Source: Acidobacteriota bacterium
GTDB lineage: Bacteria > Acidobacteriota > UBA6911 > JACQSX01
Direction of reading: 5' to 3'
DNA length: 32,480 bases
Assembly: GCA_036507075.1 (NCBI GenBank)
Contig: DASXQR010000143.1
Location: 1 to 32,480 of the forward strand
Every line of letters starts with the position of its first letter. Position 1 is the first letter of the stretch. Below the pieces are notes generated by a model. That model ran no database searches and was not told the DNA's origin. It saw nothing but the letters and a program-made list of their open reading frames with translations. Both the position numbers and the translations under genes were made by a program. Positions 1-8,020 of this stretch are shown here, piece by piece.

Positions 1-76
1 TGGCGTCCCCACGGGGATTCGAACCCCGGTTACCGCCGTGAAAGGGCGATGTCCTAGGCCTCTAGACGATGGGGAC
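1..76 (-). tRNA. tRNA-Glu (anticodon TTC), CCA encoded
   Basis: Reverse complement GTCCCCATCGTCTAGAGGCCTAGGACATCGCCCTTTCACGGCGGTAACCGGGGTTCGAATCCCCGTGGGGACGCCA: acceptor stem GTCCCCA/TGGGGAC, T-loop GTTCGAATC, anticodon loop CT-TTC-AC, 3' CCA. Confidence 0.97.
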
Positions 77-82
77 GGGATT

Positions 83-169
83 TCGAAGGCGGAATGGGGA
101 ATGCGGAATGCGGAATAAGAAGCTTAAAGCCTGCTATTCCGCATTCCGCATTCCGAATTTCGCATTCGA
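83..169. repeat. Inverted pair of (ATGCGGA)n heptamer arrays between the two tRNAs (family A, copy 1)
   Basis: Left arm tcgaaggcggaatggggaatgcggaatgcggaata (83-117); right arm tattccgcattccgcattccgaatttcgcattcga (135-169). Confidence 0.9.
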
Positions 170-171
170 GT

Positions 172-244
172 TGAGCCGTGATGGACTCGAACCATCGACC
201 CTCGCATTAAAAGTGCGATGCTCTGCCAACTGAGCTAACGGCCC
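172..244 (-). tRNA. tRNA-Lys (anticodon TTT), CCA not encoded
   Basis: Reverse complement GGGCCGTTAGCTCAGTTGGCAGAGCATCGCACTTTTAATGCGAGGGTCGATGGTTCGAGTCCATCACGGCTCA: D-arm AGCTCAGTTGGCAGAGC, anticodon loop CT-TTT-AA, T-loop GTTCGAGTC; followed by ACT rather than CCA. Confidence 0.96.
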
Positions 245-262
245 GCAGATCGTAAACTTGCA

Positions 263-292
263 ATCTTAGTCAGGGGATGGCGGGGCAGTCAA
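263..292 (-). promoter_or_regulatory. sigma70-type promoter of the tRNA-Lys/tRNA-Glu operon
   Basis: Minus strand TTGACT (292-287), 18-nt spacer, TAAGAT (268-263), 18 nt upstream of the tRNA-Lys 5' end. Confidence 0.7.
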
Positions 293-344
293 GTGCGGTT
301 GGAGGAACGGATCGGCTCTTCAGGGGCGTGGCTGATCAAAACGA

Positions 345-514
345 ACCACAAAGGCACAAAGGACACAAAGTTTTTTAGGTTTTCTGTGTCCTTTGTGTAA
401 CCTATCGACGATTTCTTGTTTTTTTAGCAGATTCTTTAACCAATGACCAATGACCAATGACTAATGACCGATGACGTGCTTGCTGTCGGCTCTGCCGGGC
501 TGTGCCTTTGTGGT
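345..514. repeat. Nested repeat: CACAAAG-type 8-9-mer inverted arms (family B) enclosing a (TGACCAA)n heptamer run
   Basis: accacaaaggcaca (345-358) is the exact reverse complement of tgtgcctttgtggt (501-514); an inner arm lies at 385-397; accaatgaccaatgaccaatgactaatgaccgatgac at 439-475. Confidence 0.85.
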
Positions 515-1249
515 GAATTTCTTGTTTCGGAAAGGTGGAAAATGACCGGGGATAATGAGGCCTTCGAAATCTTGCACGCGGCGGGCGCTCTTTTCAAACA
601 GCGAGGGGTCGCTCGCCGGCATCTCTGTTGGCGACACGCCCGCGTGCGGCAGGGCGTCGCCGGCCACCAGAATTCGGCCGGTGTTCTCGATTGAAATGCC
701 GCAGTGCCCGGGCGTATGACCGAAGAGCGGGACCACGGTGACGCCTGCAGGGAGATCGTTTTTTTCATAGAACCGGAATTGATCCCAGCGCTGGAAGAGC
801 TCCTTGCGACAAATCTCGCGCGCCACGTTGATCCAACTTATCGCGGCGTCAATCCGTTCCGGCGGCAGATCCGGAGATGCCCGGGAAAGAAATCTGCGAT
901 CATCGCTCTCTTCCACCAGCGCCCTGTAAAAATCATCGGCCCAGTGAAACTCCGCCTCGCTCACCAGGAGAACGGCTCTGGAAAAGACGGAGTGATTGGT
1001 CGCATGGTCAATGTGCAGGTGGGTATGCAGGATGTGGGTGACATCTTCCGGCCGCACGCCCTGCTGCGCCAATCCGTCAATCAATTTGGTACGGGTGCGA
1101 GGCCAGCCTGAGTCGATCAGCAGAACCGCCCCGTCCAATTTCACCAGAGTGACGGCCGCCTGCAGGGAAGTTCCGGCAACGACGATGGTGATCTGGCAGT
1201 GATTCCGGGACACAAATTTCAGGACACGAATTAAGACACGAATTAACAC
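461..1249 (-). CDS. MBL-fold metallo-hydrolase (start uncertain; GTG at 1213 is an alternative)
   Basis: Motifs LIDSG, HTHLHIDH (HxHxDH), GHTPGH, AGDA and PGH. Both ORF termini run into intergenic-type repeats. Confidence 0.85.
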   Translation of the reverse strand: MLIRVLIRVLKFVSRNHCQITIVVAGTSLQAAVTLVKLDGAVLLIDSGWPRTRTKLIDGLAQQGVRPEDVTHILHTHLHIDHATNHSVFSRAVLLVSEAEFHWADDFYRALVEESDDRRFLSRASPDLPPERIDAAISWINVAREICRKELFQRWDQFRFYEKNDLPAGVTVVPLFGHTPGHCGISIENTGRILVAGDALPHAGVSPTEMPASDPSLFEKSARRVQDFEGLIIPGHFPPFRNKKFTTKAQPGRADSKHVIGH

Positions 1250-1341
1250 GAATTACACGAATGATGAACCCACTTTACCACTCATACGCTCTCCCACTCT
1301 CCCGCTCACCCGCTCTCCCGCTCTCCCGCTCTCCCCCCCGC
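1223..1341. repeat. Short tandem repeats: ACACGAAT x4 (1224-1262) and CTCTCCCR octamers (1287-1341, family C)
   Basis: Read directly between the aminotransferase and MBL genes. Confidence 0.85.
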
Positions 1342-2736
1342 TCACGGATGACGCAGGCACCGAAACAGCAGCCGATCCAGTAATTCCACCGCCAGGTCGA
1401 TCTCACCCAGTTCAATGTCGAAGGCAGGAGCGATGGTGAGTACGTTCTTGTAATAGCCGCCCACATCCAGCACCAGTCCATACTGTTTTCCGTCAACTTC
1501 GATGTTCCCCTCCAATCCCTGCTCGAACATCCGGTGCGTCAGCTCGCGATCGGGGGTAAAACCATCGGACCGGCAGATCTCGATGCGCAATGCCAGCCCA
1601 AGCCCCCCGACATCACCGATCACTCCGACGTGCTTCTTTTGAAGAGCTTTCAGCCTCTCCAGGAAACAGGCGCCCTTTTCTGAAATCATCTTTTCCAGAT
1701 CTTTTTCCGCGATCATGCGCAAAACTTCGAGCGCGACGGCGGTTCCCAGAGGATTAGATGCAAAGGTGGAGTGCGTCGAGCCTGGAGGGAATTTCTCCGG
1801 ACTGATCAGTGATTCGCGCGCCCAGAGACCGGACAGCGGATTCAAACCGTTGGTGAGGGCCTTGCCGAAAACAAGAATATCGGGCTGCACGCCGAAGTGT
1901 TCAATCGCCCAAAACTTTCCGGTGCGATAGAGACCCATCTGGATTTCGTCATCAACCAGCAGGATCCGATGTTCGTCGAGAATTTTCCGCAGGGCAGGAA
2001 GGTAGCCTGCCGGAGGAATAATGTAGCCGCCGGTACCCTGGAGCGGTTCAATGTAAAATGCGGCGTATTCGCTCTCGCTTGCCTTGGGGTCCCATACCGA
2101 GTAATACTCCGATTCAAAAAGACGCTCGAACTGCTTGACACAATATAGCTCGCAGTCATCCGGTTTCTTGCCGTAGGGGCAGCGAAAGCAATAAGGAAAT
2201 GGAATGAATTCCGCGCGATCGCCGAAGTGGCCATAGGGACGCCGATATCGGTAGCTCGAGGTGATGGCCGTGGCGCCCAGCGTGCGGCCATGGTAGCTCC
2301 CCATGAAGGAAAACATCAGATTTTTTCCTGTATTGAGTCGCACCAGCTTCAGAGAATCTTCGATGGCCTGCGCGCCTCCGACATTAAAGTGAACTCGACC
2401 GGCCGAGCCGAAGCGCTGCTCGCAAACGCGCGCGAGTTGTGCGGCCACTTCCACCTTTTCCCGGTGCAAATACTGGCAAGCCAGTTGCGGCAGGGAATCG
2501 AGCTGCCTGACAAGCGCGTCGCGCAGGCGTCGATTTCGATAACCAAAGCTGGCAGCCGAATACCACATCTGGAGGTCCAGGTAGGGCGTGCCCTCCTCAT
2601 CAAATAAATAGCAGCCCTCACAGGACTCAAATACTTTGGGCTTACTTGCGTAGTGGACTGTATCGCCATGGGAGCAGTGCTGCCGGTCCAGTGCCAGAAT
2701 TTCATTCGTGCTGTGTTCTTTGCGGCGTTCACTCAT
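1342..2736 (-). CDS. Class III PLP-dependent aminotransferase
   Basis: GGAQAIEDSLKL, SYHGRT, IEPLQGTGG and the class III PLP-lysine signature DDEIQMGLYRTG...PDILVFGKALTNG, then HSTFASNP. ATGA overlap with the upstream HAD gene. Confidence 0.93.
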   Translation of the reverse strand: MSERRKEHSTNEILALDRQHCSHGDTVHYASKPKVFESCEGCYLFDEEGTPYLDLQMWYSAASFGYRNRRLRDALVRQLDSLPQLACQYLHREKVEVAAQLARVCEQRFGSAGRVHFNVGGAQAIEDSLKLVRLNTGKNLMFSFMGSYHGRTLGATAITSSYRYRRPYGHFGDRAEFIPFPYCFRCPYGKKPDDCELYCVKQFERLFESEYYSVWDPKASESEYAAFYIEPLQGTGGYIIPPAGYLPALRKILDEHRILLVDDEIQMGLYRTGKFWAIEHFGVQPDILVFGKALTNGLNPLSGLWARESLISPEKFPPGSTHSTFASNPLGTAVALEVLRMIAEKDLEKMISEKGACFLERLKALQKKHVGVIGDVGGLGLALRIEICRSDGFTPDRELTHRMFEQGLEGNIEVDGKQYGLVLDVGGYYKNVLTIAPAFDIELGEIDLAVELLDRLLFRCLRHP

Positions 2737-3425
2737 AAAGAAGCCACCTCTCCATCACTCTCTTCGCCAACAAAACCGAGGTAATCCACGACGTCGCGTA
2801 AATGCCGGATCGGCTGGCAGGGCAAATTTCGCTGCCGGCAGTAGCGTTGTAACCAGCCCTTGGCAAAGACCCGATCGACCCATTCCGCTGCGGCGCAATC
2901 GGACTGTCCATCGCCGATCAGGATACGCGTGGCACCGGCGACCGACAGTTTTCTGATCAGCTCCGGTTTGCAGGTTCCACAACCATGGGCGCAGTTTTCC
3001 GCGAATGGAAAATTCCATGAAAGAGTTCCGTTGCGGAATTCAAGATGGCTGGAAAAGCTTCGAATCCCCAGCGCGTCAGCATCGATTTGATGGAATGCCA
3101 GCACGCGGGAAATGATCCAGTCGAAACCGTCGCTGAACAGGATCAGGGGAATCCCGTTGAATTGAGCCCATTGAGCCAGCGCCCGAAAATATGGATCGAT
3201 CCGGACCGTACGCAGCAGCTCTTCCAACTGAGCTTGGGTGACGCGCACCAGTCGCAATTGGCGGTCCAGGCATTCCCGCGCGCTGATTTGATGCCTCTTC
3301 CATGCCTCTTCCACGGTCTTCCATTCAGCGCCGGCGAAGGTTTCCAACATCAGATCGACGACGTCCTGGACGGTCACGGTTCCGTCGAAATCACAAAAGA
3401 TGATCATCGGCCTATCGTTCATCAA
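2733..3425 (-). CDS. HAD-IB phosphatase, MtnX-like
   Basis: Motif I FCDFDGT, motif II FSDG, a CxxxCGTCK segment carrying the motif III Lys, motif IV IGDGQSD. Confidence 0.9.
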   Translation of the reverse strand: MMNDRPMIIFCDFDGTVTVQDVVDLMLETFAGAEWKTVEEAWKRHQISARECLDRQLRLVRVTQAQLEELLRTVRIDPYFRALAQWAQFNGIPLILFSDGFDWIISRVLAFHQIDADALGIRSFSSHLEFRNGTLSWNFPFAENCAHGCGTCKPELIRKLSVAGATRILIGDGQSDCAAAEWVDRVFAKGWLQRYCRQRNLPCQPIRHLRDVVDYLGFVGEESDGEVASL

Positions 3426-4713
3426 TCAGACGCCTCAACTTTCGCCCCTGCGCTGGCGGGGCTTCGCTTGGAACAACCGCGATCCGGTACATGTGACACT
3501 CATGATTGGCCCACATTCCGGGTTGTTGCCCCCGGATGCGATCGCGGATTTTCTGTTCCAGCTCCGCAGGCGATGCTGCGCCATTTAATGCGACGCGAAA
3601 TTCCAGCAGGTCTCTTCCACCTTCTTGCCGCACTGCCGCATACCAGGAGTGCGGCCATCCTTGGATTCCGTCCACCAGTTTTTCGAGCAGAAGAGGGTAA
3701 ATGTTCCCTGCGCCCATCACGACCATCTCGTCACGCCGCGTCTGCAGCGGGGCGATGCGCGGAACCGTTGCTCCGCACGGGCAAGGGCCGGAGATGAATC
3801 GAGTCACGTCGCGCGTGCGATAGCGAATCAGCGGCATTACGCGGCGATTGAGCGTGGTAACCACCAGTTCTCCGAATCCGTTTGCATCCGGCTCAACAAT
3901 CTCGACGATCAGGTTGAACGCGTCCACGTGCAGGCCTTCTCGATGAAAGCATTCCGTGGCGAGAACACCGCCTGTTTCCGTGGTTCCATATCCTTGCAGC
4001 ACCGGGCAGCGCCAGATGCTCTCTGCATAACGGCGCGTGGCCTCGGGCAGCCGATCACCGCCGCAGTAGATCAGCTTTAATTGCGGCGCATCTCCGGCGC
4101 TTCGGCAGGCATCGGTTAGACTGAGAAGCCACGTGGGGTCGGCCATCAGGACGGAATAGCGATCGCGGATGATGCGCTCCAGCGCGTCTTCAGGATTGAG
4201 TTTTCCCGCCATCGACCCGAACACGTTCAACATTCGGAAAGTGGCCTCGGTAACAGGACCCGTCACCCAGAATCCCTGATCAAAGGTGCAGAGAATCCGG
4301 TCGTCAGGACGGACGCCAAAATAATAGAGAGCGCAGGCTTCATAGCGGGCAAGCTCGTCGATTTCACGGTGTGAAAAATAAGCGCGCTTCGGTCGTCCCG
4401 TCGTACCGCTTGTTTCAAAAACCTGGTTGGCAGCCGAGCATAGAAAACTCTCCGGGTCGCGCTGCAGTTCCTCCGGCCAGGTGAAAAAACTGAGATCCGA
4501 AATATCGCGCACCCTGCGAGGATCGATTTTGTATTCCGACAATTTGGTTCTGTAATGCGGAGACCTTTCCGCCACCCAGCGCACCAGGCCCTGCAGTTCG
4601 AGACGGGATTTGAAGGTTATGGCCGGCAGTGGAACAATGGGCGCAATCTGCGCCATGCAGCGAATGCTTCGCGTAAGCAGAAATTCCATGCCGCCGGCGA
4701 CGCGATCAAGCAT
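3412..4713 (-). CDS. PaaK/phenylacetate-CoA-ligase-like adenylate-forming enzyme (ANL superfamily)
   Basis: P-loop TSGTTGRPK, GYGTTE, GELVVTTL, PLIRYRTRD and a C-terminal GRKLRRLIDER. SD-like GGGGG before the ATG. Confidence 0.88.
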   Translation of the reverse strand: MLDRVAGGMEFLLTRSIRCMAQIAPIVPLPAITFKSRLELQGLVRWVAERSPHYRTKLSEYKIDPRRVRDISDLSFFTWPEELQRDPESFLCSAANQVFETSGTTGRPKRAYFSHREIDELARYEACALYYFGVRPDDRILCTFDQGFWVTGPVTEATFRMLNVFGSMAGKLNPEDALERIIRDRYSVLMADPTWLLSLTDACRSAGDAPQLKLIYCGGDRLPEATRRYAESIWRCPVLQGYGTTETGGVLATECFHREGLHVDAFNLIVEIVEPDANGFGELVVTTLNRRVMPLIRYRTRDVTRFISGPCPCGATVPRIAPLQTRRDEMVVMGAGNIYPLLLEKLVDGIQGWPHSWYAAVRQEGGRDLLEFRVALNGAASPAELEQKIRDRIRGQQPGMWANHECHMYRIAVVPSEAPPAQGRKLRRLIDER

Positions 4714-5824
4714 GCATGCCCCCTATTTCCTGGCCGGTCAGTCTCTGCAATCGCAGAACGATTTTCGCTGCCGTAGAGGTTGGGTTGCTCCGGCCGTATT
4801 TCCTTCGGAATCCCTGGCGCAGCAAATCCAGGGCAAGCTGCGCAATCTCTGTCGGGTTGCCGGCGGTGAATCCCGCGCCTCGCCCGAGAAAGCTCCGCAA
4901 GTTTTCTTCCTCCGGCCCTGGCAGAGGATCAAAAACAATCGTGGGAAGCGACATTGCCTCGGCTTCCGCCAGGGTCAGAGCTCCCGGCTTGGTGATCAGC
5001 AAGTTACAGGCTGCCATGTACTGCTCGATATGGTCGGTCCAGCCATTCACCAGGAGCGTCACGCGCGGCAGCCGCAAAGCCTGGAGGCGGTGCAGCAGGC
5101 CCTGATCTTTCCCCGCAACCGCAACGATCTGGATCGGTTCGTTTGAGAGGCGATTCAGCTCGACGGCGATACGATCGAGCCTGGCTGGCCCCATTCCGCC
5201 CGCCATCAGCAACACTACAGGATGGCCGGTGGAAAGGCCCAGGTCTTCACGGGCGCGCAAAAGATTGGCGTGGAAGGAAGCGCGTACCGGAATTCCGGCG
5301 ACTTCGATGCTTTCCGGTAACGCGCCCCATCGCCGCAGATCTTCGGCAACCTTGGCAGACGGAACAATGTAAATATCAACGCCGGGTTGAACCCATGCGG
5401 GCTCGCCTTGAAAGTCGGTTACCAGGGCTGCGATGGAAACACACCCATCGATGGTCGACTTGTAAATGGACGCGATCTCGCTTGCTCCCACTTCCGCAGC
5501 GACGATGAGCCCGGGTCTCACGCTGGAAATGTTCTGCAACAATCGCCGGGCGCCTGCCTTGAGCAGAAAATGAGGAAACGTCTTCCGGTGCCCTTCCGCC
5601 AGTCGAGATTGGAAAAGCTTTCGCCACAAAGAGGGCCAATACCGAATCATCCACCAGTAGGGGCGGACGTAGACCAGCCGAAACCAGGCGGGGAAGTATT
5701 CGATCGCGTCCCAGACGAGCGCCTGGCTGCCGGTTTGTTTGCGCCATTCTTCCGCCACGCTTTGAGCGGCCGACACATGTCCCATGCCGAAAGAAAGCGT
5801 CAGTACCAACAGAGGAGACCTCAT
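4706..5824 (-). CDS. MGDG-synthase/UgtP-like glycosyltransferase (GT28), copy 2; 372 aa
   Basis: True start MRSPLLVLTLSFGMGHVSAA at 5824 (ATGA overlap with the permease stop). Motifs GxGH, VTDF, GIPV, AGGMG, LITKPGALTLAE and PGPEEEN. Confidence 0.9.
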   Translation of the reverse strand: MRSPLLVLTLSFGMGHVSAAQSVAEEWRKQTGSQALVWDAIEYFPAWFRLVYVRPYWWMIRYWPSLWRKLFQSRLAEGHRKTFPHFLLKAGARRLLQNISSVRPGLIVAAEVGASEIASIYKSTIDGCVSIAALVTDFQGEPAWVQPGVDIYIVPSAKVAEDLRRWGALPESIEVAGIPVRASFHANLLRAREDLGLSTGHPVVLLMAGGMGPARLDRIAVELNRLSNEPIQIVAVAGKDQGLLHRLQALRLPRVTLLVNGWTDHIEQYMAACNLLITKPGALTLAEAEAMSLPTIVFDPLPGPEEENLRSFLGRGAGFTAGNPTEIAQLALDLLRQGFRRKYGRSNPTSTAAKIVLRLQRLTGQEIGGMHA

Positions 5825-6543
5825 TTGTCTCTCCACGGCAGCAGATGATCGCCCCAGACGACCACTGCGGCCGACATCAAGCCGAGTACAAGCAAGTCGA
5901 AGCCGATTCCCGCGCGATCTGAAAGCACTTTCCAGAATGCATCGGCGGCATAAGTGGGCGGCAGGGCCCTTGAAAGATATTGAAGGGGCGCCGGCAGCAC
6001 CGGCATGGCATAAAAAACGGGGCACACCAGCACCGTACCCGTTCCGATCAGATCGTTGAGCAAGGCGCCCTGCTGGATACTGTGAGCGTAGCGCGCGCTT
6101 ATCAGAGCAATCGCGGCCAGTGGAATGGTGCTGAGGACGGCAATGGCCAGCAAGCTGAAGGCCAGGTGGGGCCGCAGGTGTATGACACTTGCAAACAACA
6201 ACATCAAAATACTGCTCAGCAATCCCTGGCAGAGCGCAAAGAGAAATACCCCCAGCAGATAAGAGCGGGGTGAAACGGGGGAAGTGATGATCAACTTCAA
6301 GCGGCCGCGAAAGCGGTCTTCCAGAAGAGTAAAGCCCAGACCTACGACCGAGAGCATGGAGAGCGCGAATACAATCGAGCCGGCCAGCAGTCGGAGTGAG
6401 GGTTTGCCTTCCGCCACCCCGCTGGTAAAAAGCAGCATTCCCACAGGCAGCGCAACAGCGCTCAGCAGAAAATATCCCAGCGCGCTGCGCGACTCCTGAA
6501 CGTAGAGCCAAAAAATCAGGAGAATATCGCGAAGGTTTTTCAA
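5821..6543 (-). CDS. ABC-2 type exporter permease
   Basis: About six hydrophobic segments; EDRFRGRLKLIITSPVS and PVFYAMPVLPAPLQYLSRALPPTYA are ABC-2 membrane motifs; TTGA overlap with the ATPase gene. Confidence 0.88.
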   Translation of the reverse strand: MKNLRDILLIFWLYVQESRSALGYFLLSAVALPVGMLLFTSGVAEGKPSLRLLAGSIVFALSMLSVVGLGFTLLEDRFRGRLKLIITSPVSPRSYLLGVFLFALCQGLLSSILMLLFASVIHLRPHLAFSLLAIAVLSTIPLAAIALISARYAHSIQQGALLNDLIGTGTVLVCPVFYAMPVLPAPLQYLSRALPPTYAADAFWKVLSDRAGIGFDLLVLGLMSAAVVVWGDHLLPWRDK

Positions 6544-7289
6544 GAATCCCCCCTCACAAGCTGAAAGTACACCTGTGTAAGATTCGTTTTCTCTGCCGGG
6601 ATCGACCGCTTCCGCGTCCCCAATTCATCCAGCCTTCCCAACGCGATCAGTTTTCCCTGAGACACGATGGCGATCCGGTCCGCCAGCCCTTCCGCTTCCT
6701 CAAGGTAGTGAGTAGTAATGAGGATGGTGGTCCCTGCGGTTTTGCGCCGAATCAGCACATCCCAAAGCCCGCGGCGACTTTCCGGATCCAGCCCCGCCGT
6801 CGGCTCATCCAGGATCAGCAGCGGCGGATTCATAATCAGGGCAAGCCCCACAAGCGTGCGACGCTTCAGCCCCCCTGAGAGGTTTTTGATCGCCACAGCG
6901 CTGCGCGTGTCCAATTCGAGTTCGCGCAAGACTTCGCGAGCGGCGATTTTGGCCTGCTGCGATCGCGCTCCACGAAAGAGGGCGAAATAGTACAAATGCT
7001 GGCTGACGGTGAGATGTTCGAAGAGCTCCGCCTCCTGCGGGACCACGCCGATGAATTCTTTGACGCGCTGGGGTTTCCGCACCGCATCAACGCCGAAAAT
7101 TTCAATCGTCCCGCCGGAGGGCCGCAGTTCCGTGGTGAGCTGGCGAACCAGCGTCGTTTTTCCCGCCCCGTTTGGTCCGAGAATCACCAGAAGCTCACCG
7201 TGCGAAACCGTCAGATTGACGGCGTCGAGCGCCAGTGTGCCGTTTGCATATCGCTTGCTCAGGCCTTCGGTTCGGATCGCAGCAATCAT
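6540..7289 (-). CDS. ABC-2 exporter ATP-binding subunit (DrrA/CcmA-like)
   Basis: Walker A GPNGAGKT, signature LSGG, Walker B LLILDEPTAGLD, H-loop TTHY. Start MIAAIR at 7289 with a GGAGG SD and ATGA overlap. Confidence 0.93.
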   Translation of the reverse strand: MIAAIRTEGLSKRYANGTLALDAVNLTVSHGELLVILGPNGAGKTTLVRQLTTELRPSGGTIEIFGVDAVRKPQRVKEFIGVVPQEAELFEHLTVSQHLYYFALFRGARSQQAKIAAREVLRELELDTRSAVAIKNLSGGLKRRTLVGLALIMNPPLLILDEPTAGLDPESRRGLWDVLIRRKTAGTTILITTHYLEEAEGLADRIAIVSQGKLIALGRLDELGTRKRSIPAEKTNLTQVYFQLVRGDS

Positions 7290-8020
7290 CTCATTGCCTC
7301 CCTTGTATGGGCGATCATCGTGCCGACGGTCACAAACTTGAAGCCGCGACGCTTCAGAACCGGAACCAACTCGCAAACCGCATCCAGCGTCCCGCGACGA
7401 TCGGGAAAAGCCTGATCATGACTGGCGTCATGGAACAGAACGATTTCGCCATCTCGAACCCGGCGCAGAACGCGATTCACAATCCAGGATTGCTCCGGAT
7501 TGTTCCAGTCTTTGCCGGAGAGCGACCAGAGCACCGTGGTAAGCCCGAGCCTTTTCGCTTCATGCAGCACCTGAGGGCCGCGGTCGCCAAAGGGTGGGCG
7601 AAACAGTGAGGGAGGCTTGCCCGCCGCGCGCGCCAGCACCTCCTGCGCGCGCTGCAATTCATCCCGTACGGCGGAACTGGATCGAAACCAGAGGTTGGGA
7701 TGTGAGTAAGAGTGATTCCCAACCTGATGGCCTGCGGCGACCAGGTCGGCGACGCTGTTTGGGTGCTGCTTGGCGCGTTCGGCGATACAGAAGAAAGTCG
7801 CCGGCATGTTCAATTTCCACAGCCGTTCGGAAAACAATGGCGTCCATCGCGGATCCGGGCCGTCATCAAACGTGAGAGCGATCTCCATCCGGCCCGGAAC
7901 TCCCCGGTGAACGGCGGGCCCGAATAGCCGGGACGCCGGGCAGGTCACACCGCGGTAGATCGAATAAGAAACAAGCCCTGCCATTCCGCTCCCCACCAGC
8001 AAACTACTGTGCCATGGCAT
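7286..8020 (-). CDS. Membrane-anchored polysaccharide deacetylase (CE4/NodB family)
   Basis: CE4 motifs TFDDGP, HSYSH, RPPFG, DW and LFHD; N-terminal hydrophobic anchor; start MPWHSS at 8020 with a GAGGA SD. Confidence 0.92.
   Translation of the reverse strand: MPWHSSLLVGSGMAGLVSYSIYRGVTCPASRLFGPAVHRGVPGRMEIALTFDDGPDPRWTPLFSERLWKLNMPATFFCIAERAKQHPNSVADLVAAGHQVGNHSYSHPNLWFRSSSAVRDELQRAQEVLARAAGKPPSLFRPPFGDRGPQVLHEAKRLGLTTVLWSLSGKDWNNPEQSWIVNRVLRRVRDGEIVLFHDASHDQAFPDRRGTLDAVCELVPVLKRRGFKFVTVGTMIAHTREAMR

Noticed and set aside
2733..3425. Methionine salvage link between the MtnX-like phosphatase and mtnP
   Set aside because: The genes are about 23 kb apart in unrelated operons, and no other mtn genes are present.
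4706..6511. 601-aa ORF suggesting an N-terminally extended or frameshift-fused glycosyltransferase
   Set aside because: The first ~229 codons are an alternative frame of the ABC-2 permease with no protein-like features. The GT28 domain starts at ATG 5824, which overlaps the permease stop in a standard ATGA arrangement.
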